DNA from: Chlorokybus atmophyticus
Taxonomy: Eukaryota; Plantae; Mesostigma and Chlorokybus algae
Length of the DNA stretch: 5,128 bases
Direction: 5' to 3'
Assembly (NCBI GenBank): GCA_009103225.1
Contig: RHPI01000873.1
Span: 1-5,128 of the forward strand
The position numbers and the translations under genes were made by a program. This document shows positions 1 to 5,128 of the stretch, one piece after another (positions within the stretch are counted from its first letter, which is position 1; each line of letters opens with the position of its first letter). The notes beneath the pieces were generated by a model that was not told the origin of the DNA, searched no databases, and was given only the letters and a program-made list of their open reading frames with translations.

Positions 1-412
1 ACCGCCGAAGCAGCAGCAGGTGTGAGACCGTAATCATGGCTGCACGCAGCCCCACTGCAGACTGCAGAGCAAGCAAGCATTAGCACCAAGGCGGGACAGC
101 AAACACAAATGCACACTAGCGACACTGTATTGTATACATGTGATCTCTTTCTATCGACAGCAAGCATACATACGCCTGATGGAGTGTCGTGGCATCAAAG
201 TCCCCATCGAACATGACCACATGTCCACCACTTGTTTGTCAATATGCAATGCTTGTGTGGCAGCACATTGGAGTTGTGTCAGATGAGAGCGCCTGGGGTG
301 GATTATAGACTCTCAATTGTCTGCGCATACATGTGGCGTCACGGTGCCATTTCCTCACACACTTTGCTTGGCCATGGGTCACATCTTAGAAGGACTGCAA
401 ATACCACGGGTT

Positions 413-537
413 CACACAAGTAGGGTGATTCCGCAGGCATCGTGTAATCTTGAGTGCTGTGCTGATGGCACCGTTGCTCTGCATGCAATCGCCTGCAGCT
501 TGACAGTGCCATCAGCAGAGCTCACAATTTGCTTTGC
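413..537. repeat. Dispersed direct repeat, copy A (~125 bp) containing a long hairpin
   Basis: Manual alignment to 1021-1147 gives 18 substitutions plus one 2-nt indel over 125 nt (~86% identity). Both share the perfect 20-mer TAGGGTGATTCCGCAGGCAT (421-440 and 1029-1048). Confidence 0.95.
461..516. other. Inverted repeat/hairpin A: 23-bp stem, 10-nt loop
   Basis: GCTGATGGCACCGTTGCTCTGCA (461-483) pairs with TGCAGCTTGACAGTGCCATCAGC (494-516), giving 18 Watson-Crick and 2 G-U pairs. Imperfect pairing extends to about 450-527. Confidence 0.9.
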
Positions 538-866
538 GACCTTGATCTCCGATGTTGCTATGCTCGGCGAGCATGGCCGAATCTTCACGGGCGGGCTGAG
601 GATTGACAGCCCTAGTGGGCTGGTCATCGACCACATGGTGCTGAACCTGCGGCTCTGGCAAGGGCAAACCTGTGATGGCTGCGACGATATTGGGCAGAGC
701 TCTTCTTGTTGGCTGGTTGCAAATTGATTCCCAGCTTAGTACCAACTTCCTTGACGAAGACGACAGCCTTTTGGCTGTCCATTGGCATAGCGATATTCTG
801 CCATTAAGGACACCGGCAAGCAGGTCGCCTCCGCTACCACCATAGCGCCGCCGCTCCCTCCCTAAG

Positions 867-900
867 TTGACAGTCGCATCATGGACAATGCGACTGTCAA
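867..900. repeat. Perfect 13-bp inverted repeat with 8-nt loop
   Basis: TTGACAGTCGCAT (867-879), loop CATGGACA, ATGCGACTGTCAA (888-900). Confidence 0.92.
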
Positions 901-1020
901 GTCTTGACTCTATGTAGTCACTGGATTTGGCTATATCAAACTATGGAATCTGCCGTTCAATTTTTAAATTTTGCACATGAACGCACAGCCCGGTTCTGCG
1001 CCAAAAAAAAAGCTAGAAGG

Positions 1021-1147
1021 CATACAAATAGGGTGATTCCGCAGGCATTGCGTAATCTTGGGTGATGTGCGGATGGCACTGTTGCTCTGCATCCGGTCGG
1101 CTGCAGATCAACGGTGCCATCAGCGCAAAGCTCACAATGTGCTTTGC
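1021..1147. repeat. Dispersed direct repeat, copy B (~127 bp) containing a long hairpin
   Basis: Same orientation as 413-537 with an offset of 608 bp. It carries an extra GC at 1125-1126. Confidence 0.95.
1069..1124. other. Inverted repeat/hairpin B: 23-bp stem, 10-nt loop
   Basis: GCGGATGGCACTGTTGCTCTGCA (1069-1091) pairs with TGCAGATCAACGGTGCCATCAGC (1102-1124), giving 20 Watson-Crick pairs and 1 G-U pair. Confidence 0.92.
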
Positions 1148-1183
1148 CAACCGTCTCGATACGCTTGGATAGATGGTCAAGAG

Positions 1184-1215
1184 AGAGGCTGGGCATGTCT
1201 TGAATCCCAGCCTCT
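1184..1215. repeat. Perfect 10-bp inverted repeat with 12-nt loop
   Basis: AGAGGCTGGG (1184-1193) and CCCAGCCTCT (1206-1215). Confidence 0.85.
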
Positions 1216-2086
1216 GCGCAATCTTAAGTTGAGATTCTCAACAATGAGGTATATCATATATCATAAACAACACTTCTTTTGTACATGGCAGCAGGAGGGA
1301 TGGGATGGTTGGCCCTGTTAGTGCATCCACGTTTATGAATTAATGCCCTCACGGGGTCGATCAGCCGGCCGGCAAGAAGTTGGCCCCAGGTGACATCATG
1401 CGACAGTATCCTCTCGAGTGAGTACATCGCGAGCAATTGCAAAAATTGCGAATCCATAGCTAAAAATACCCTGTCCTTGTCCAGTCGGGTTTTCGGTGAC
1501 AGTCACATTGGCGATCTTGATCTCCGCGAAGGTATTAACGTCATGAAGTGCAGTACACAATATCCACGACAACCGCAAGTTATCCCGCGCATCTTCGAGG
1601 CCGCGTTGCCGTGGCTGTGGCGGCGATAGGCGCGGTGCCGCTGTCGCAGCACCATGTGTGCACGATGTACTCTCTAATGCGGTCAGACAGCAACAATGAG
1701 GATGAAAGTGGACTTTTAAACGTTGGATGTTGGATGTGAGTAACATGTCGTGTAGGGTTTGCCTCACAGACGTTTTCTTGCGACCTACTGCATTCTTATG
1801 CTACATCGGGGCGTTTAGCTGAGCATTTGGGTCTTGAGAAGAAGTTATGCTGGAGAACACATTGCAAACAGACCACAAAAGGCCATAAGTTGTTTAAACA
1901 GTTTAAGCCGCCTAGAGCTGATGCGCATGAAGCTTAGGTTGCACTGATGAGTCTGGGGAAGCTTACGCCACGAGTCACCTCCGCCTCCACCAAGTCAACA
2001 CGCACTGTGTCACCTCCCATGAATGGCTCGCTTTGATATCATCCGCCACCAACGCCCTCTTCGCAGCAAGAGCTATTACACGCAAA

Positions 2087-2220
2087 TCTGAGAAATGCAG
2101 CAGCGCCGATGACGACGCGCTGATGGTGTTGTGCAAGGGGTGTAACAACGGCATGCACTGCTATTGCCAAGACCCTCCTTTTCGGATGGTCCCAGTGAAT
2201 GTTACTAGTGTGACAGCTGT
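2087..2220 (+). pseudogene. Degenerate PHD zinc-finger (C4HC3) coding fragment, probably a gene or TE-ORF relic
   Basis: ORF 2033-2302 contains S-EK-C-SSADDDALMVL-C-KG-C-NNGM-H-CY-C-QDPPFRMVP. This fits the PHD pattern CxxC..DD..LLLCDGCD..HxYCLxPPL..VP. The first Cys is Ser (TCT vs TGT). The final C-x2-C (TGT GAC AGC TGT, 2209-2220) lies in a different frame directly after a TAG, and the conserved Trp is lost. Confidence 0.8.
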
Positions 2221-2459
2221 TGCGCCCATAGATCACATTAGGCGAGAGCGAGTCACTCTCGCTCCAATAGGCCCTCCCTGGAGCGCGGGTAGTACAGAAT
2301 AAGGGGTTTCCACTATGTCACATTAGCAAATGATGATGGTTGAGGAATATATATGAATCTATGCCACAATTATAATAGCGGGTTTCGTTATGGGCAAAGA
2401 GGAGGTCAATTCCTTGTTGGGGTCATCGTTGCCATAGGAAATAGCATAACCCACACCGC

Positions 2460-2513
2460 GAGTGGGGAGATTGCAAGCATAGAGTGGGGAGTTTGCAAGC
2501 ATAGAGTGGGAAG
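2460..2513. repeat. 22-bp tandem repeat, ~2.4 copies
   Basis: GAGTGGGGAG(A/T)TTGCAAGCATA at 2460-2481 and 2482-2503 (1 mismatch), plus a partial GAGTGGGAAG at 2504-2513. Confidence 0.93.
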
Positions 2514-3142
2514 CAGCTTTTTTATGTGCCCTTATTTTTATTGAACTCTTAATTGTTGAGGTAAACGTCTATTGAAAATCATTCGGGTTCATTTGGCGTA
2601 GAACATGTGCTCTGCCTCCTACAGAGTGCCGCGAGTCCAAATGGGTAGTGCTAAGCGGCGCTAGATTCAAAAAAGGTGTACGCCTATTTCGGACTGTCGC
2701 ATTTCACGACAGTGTGCTTGATATTGCAATGTCACGCTTCTTCTTAGCTCTGAGCTATCAGCGGTGTGGGTGTCTGCTGTGTCATAAAGGTTGTCCTCAC
2801 CTTTAAAGTTTTGTTATAAGTTACTCTCAAGGCTGCATATGGTATGATAGAGGGGCCCCTAGTCACATCTACACTCAGCATGCCATTACGCAAGCACCAG
2901 CACCTGCAGCAAATCCAACACATTTACCCTAATGCTATGGCTAAGGGGGCTGCAACTATGTGCAAAGCAGGCAGGTTCAGACTGTGGGCGACATCATCAT
3001 GCTGCCAAGTTCCCATAAGGGGCCATTGGCTCGTTCCCCACAAGCAAGAGGGAACTTCATGGCATGCATGTTCTAAAGTACTAGGTGACTGTACAATACT
3101 GGTAAATATGGGTTGCACTAAGTAAGGCTGGATCCGCAACTT

Positions 3143-3548
3143 TGTAACAGAGCCGGACATTATTTATGGAGTTCGCAAATTTCACGGCGGGTCCGTATAC
3201 ACGTTGTGGCTTTAGCCAATTTTTTATAAAGACCCGTCACAAAAGGCAATTCGCCGGTGTTAATTGTAAGTACAGGATCCCCAACAACATTGAGGATCGG
3301 TGTTACGTAGTTAAGGGTTCAGGTCGTGAGAAAGACTTGTTCAAATTGTAAGTACAGTTGTGACTAGTTCATTAACAATGCGTACTTAATCCCCAACGCA
3401 ATTAAGGACTCGACGATAATATCAAAATGCATTTTGGCTGCATGCTAAAGCCGTAGACATCATCATTAAAATTGTGACCGGTTCCATCAGCGAGAATCCA
3501 TGCTTAACAAGGTTGTGACGCTAGGATCAATACTTTTCCACTGTTACA
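3143..3548. mobile_element. Putative solo LTR (406 bp) of an LTR retrotransposon
   Basis: It starts TGTAACAG and ends CTGTTACA, a perfect 8-bp terminal inverted repeat with canonical TG...CA ends. The 5-bp flanks are AACTT and AACCC (3/5, both differences C/T). It has internal duplications (AATTGTAAGTACAG at 3262 and 3344; a 16/20 match between 3277-3296 and 3389-3408) and TATAAA at 3225. No PBS or PPT is adjacent and no second LTR is in the window. Confidence 0.55.
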
Positions 3549-3843
3549 AACCCTAATGATTTTACGACCTCACCCCTGCGGCCTATTCAGGGCTTGCCGC
3601 AAGACCTGCTAGTAGCAGCCCGCGGGGCAAGCAAGCAGGAGGTTGCTACCTGCACTTGGCCCCAACTTTGCAAACGATCTTGCACCAGCAGGTTACCAGA
3701 GAGCTTAATGCAAACAGCTGCCGATCATTTCGCGCTGTAATTAGTCGGAACAGCAGATCGAACAAAGTCTTCATCCCCAAGTGGTAAATTCCACCTTCAC
3801 GTTTATTTCATTAACATAAGCTACAGGTACCGGTAGCCGTGCC

Positions 3844-3914
3844 TGTATGTATATGTATATATATCTATATATACGTATCCGTCTTGATTCATATATTATG
3901 TATATATGTATACA
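3844..3914. repeat. Degenerate (TA)n/(TATG)n low-complexity tract
   Basis: TGTATGTATATGTATATATATCTATATATACG...ATATATTATGTATATATGTATACA. Confidence 0.85.
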
Positions 3915-4303
3915 ACTAGCGGTGCGGATACTTCGGCGAGATCGGGGTGGCCGGGAGGCCGGCATTAGGGCACAAAGGCGCGCACCACAAGGGCCGTCAC
4001 ATACGGCACCCGCGGCTACCTGCCTGCCGCGCATACCGCGCAGCCCGCCTGCCTCTCATTGGCTAGGCTGCGATTGTCACTATCGGCCATTCGTTCTATG
4101 AACAGATCTCAACCTTTCAAAGCACATCCATCATTATGTCGTACAATTGCTCAATGTATAAGCGAATGAATCAATGAATTCATTCACGTTGAGCACAACA
4201 TGCACGGTGCACTTATGCGTCATGTGTGCATTGTACAGTACATTTGATGTTCCAATGTGATCAGGTAGAATTGTGTACCTGTACTATATAGTCTACCTCT
4301 TTT

Positions 4304-4400
4304 AAAAGCATACTGTTTATCCTTCAAGGTCGTATGCTCTTGGCGGGGTTATGCTCTTCGCGTATAAGAGCATAATATGCTCTTGAACGTTAAGAGCATA
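4304..4400. repeat. Subterminal array of the 9-mer TATGCTCTT in both orientations, forming tandem hairpins
   Basis: Forward copies are at 4333, 4350 and 4376. Reverse copies (AAGAGCATA) are at 4366 and 4392, with a degenerate one at 4304. The block 4332-4358 recurs directly at 4704-4730 (21/27). Confidence 0.9.
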
Positions 4401-4422
4401 TATACGCTGTAATCGCAGATTC

Positions 4423-4553
4423 ATTACGCCCAGCACGCCCATTACGTCACGCGCATCACGTCATGTCTATTACGCCATCACGCTTATTACGCTAGTTACG
4501 CGTCTCAATTCACCCATCACGCCTTGTCCATAATGCTTATCACGCCTTATGCC
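4423..4553 (+). repeat. Same-orientation array of the heptamer AT(T/C)ACG(C/T)
   Basis: Copies are at 4423, 4441, 4455, 4469, 4477, 4486, 4516 and 4539, with variants at 4447 (TCACGC), 4495 (GTTACGC) and 4547 (TTATGCC). Confidence 0.88.
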
Positions 4554-4801
4554 ACACCCGTCACACGCTACTCTCTCCATGTTTAGAATATGCACACTTG
4601 AACTTACAAGAATTTCATGGAAAAAAAATAGTCTTTACTAACTAGTAGTCATAATCTCTTAAGCATCAACGTTTGTCTATAAGATCTTTGGTAATCTCAT
4701 ATTGTATGCTAAAAACGGGGTTATTCTCTTGAAGAAGTCTTTTAGCGGGGGTAGACTGTATCTTAAAGGGCCCGAACATGAACATTGGTACAATCTGAAA
4801 G

Positions 4802-4859
4802 TTAGGGCTTTAAGCCCTAAATGTTACACTTGCATAACTTAATTATGCAAGTGTATCAT
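4802..4859. repeat. Two abutting palindromes
   Basis: TTAGGGCTT-T-AAGCCCTAA (4802-4820) has perfect 9-bp arms. TACACTTGCATAA-CTTAA-TTATGCAAGTGTA (4825-4855) has perfect 13-bp arms, extending to 4821-4859 with one mismatch. Confidence 0.92.
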
Positions 4860-4882
4860 TTCATAGTGCATAGTGCACATGC

Positions 4883-5010
4883 GTATTATGTTATATATGT
4901 ATTATGTATACATATACATAATACATATATAACATATGTATTATGTATATGGTGTATACATTTACAAAATGCGTGTATATGGTGTATAGTATAATGTACT
5001 AATATATAGC
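4883..5010. repeat. Degenerate TA/TG/CA microsatellite-like tract
   Basis: Runs of TATATG, CATATA and GGTGTATA; strongly AT-rich. Confidence 0.85.
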
Positions 5011-5110
5011 GTACAACATTTGCTTATGGCACATAAGCAATGGTATTGCATAAGATTTGACGTAGTCCATAAGAAGGCGGCGCCAAATGGTCACATTACA
5101 TGACCATATG

Positions 5111-5128
5111 CCCCCCGCCCCCCCCCCC
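5111..5128. repeat. Poly-C tract (C6-G-C11), truncated by the window edge
   Basis: CCCCCCGCCCCCCCCCCC at the end of the window. Confidence 0.9.

Larger units (their letters stand above)
4289..4758. mobile_element. Non-autonomous DNA transposon (MITE), 470 bp, Tc1/mariner superfamily (pogo/Tigger-like ends)
   Basis: TA dinucleotides flank both ends (4287-4288, 4759-4760). The left end TAGTCTACCTCTTTTAAAAG (4289-4308) matches the reverse complement of the right end, CAGTCTACCCCCGCTAAAAG (4739-4758), at 15/20, with 4 of the 5 differences being C>T. A TA|CAGT start is typical of this superfamily. There is no internal ORF. Confidence 0.78.

Noticed and set aside
341-350. ACGGTGCCAT, complementary to the 5' arm of hairpin A (465-474)
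   Set aside because: Many 10-mer matches are expected by chance among all position pairs of a 5-kb window.
465-486. Resemblance of ATGGCAC(C/T)G to the animal miR-183/263 family seed
   Set aside because: Only the seed-sized core matches and the rest of the arm does not. Family membership cannot be claimed from memory.
317-727. Longest ORF (136 aa, + strand) as a real gene
   Set aside because: It has no recognisable domain, it runs across the palindromic repeat, and the frame is not preserved in copy B.
413-1147. TRIM/mini LTR retrotransposon with the two 125-bp copies as LTRs
   Set aside because: There are no TG...CA ends on either strand, no TSD, and no PBS or PPT in the internal region.
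957-1196. Minus-strand ORF with CELC...C...HH...C and its counterpart at 412-636 as a duplicated Cys-rich mini-protein or zinc finger
   Set aside because: Only about 5 of ~17 substitutions between the copies are synonymous in this frame, which is near the neutral expectation. The 2-nt indel shifts the frame, and ADGTV appears on both strands simply because the DNA is palindromic.
1508-1527. 16/18 match (TGGCGATCTTGATCTCCG) to sequence just after repeat copy A (~534-551), as a third copy
   Set aside because: The match is too short, the similarity does not extend, and the hairpin is absent. It may be chance.
1396-1767. 123-aa minus-strand ORF and the other short ORFs (e.g. 2844-3125, 3166-3351, 3771-4101)
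   Set aside because: They have no recognisable domains. Several overlap low-complexity or repeat DNA, and their lengths are compatible with chance.
2693-2713. ACTGTCG-7nt-CGACAGT hairpin sharing words with the 867-900 stem
   Set aside because: A 7-bp stem and 10-mer similarity are near chance level.
3262-3357. Two GTAAGT 5' splice-site consensus matches as evidence of an exon-intron structure
   Set aside because: They are part of a 14-bp internal duplication in the LTR-like segment, and no coherent exon ORF or matching acceptor was found.
4333-4400. CRISPR array
   Set aside because: The spacers are only 7-8 nt, there are only ~2.5 units, no cas genes are present, and the array lies inside a TIR element in eukaryote-like DNA.

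Overview
This looks like eukaryotic nuclear, non-genic (intergenic or intronic) DNA of moderate GC content, built largely from decayed mobile-element and repeat debris. The taxon cannot be determined from the sequence. None of the 18 listed ORFs is a convincing intact gene. The supported content is: (1) a ~125-bp module present twice, 608 bp apart at ~86% identity, each copy built around a 23-bp-stem hairpin, within a hairpin-rich 0.8-kb region; (2) a degenerate PHD-finger coding relic at ~2087-2220; (3) a 22-bp tandem repeat; (4) a 406-bp TGTAACAG...CTGTTACA segment that looks like a solo LTR; (5) a 470-bp TA-flanked element with 20-bp TIRs (Tc1/mariner, pogo/Tigger-like MITE) carrying two internal motif arrays; (6) two abutting palindromes just beyond it, plus TA-rich low-complexity tracts. 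Differences between repeat copies are often C>T/G>A, suggesting a cytosine-methylated genome. I cannot demonstrate a new biological system. The best candidates for a second look are the duplicated hairpin module and the internal architecture of the MITE.
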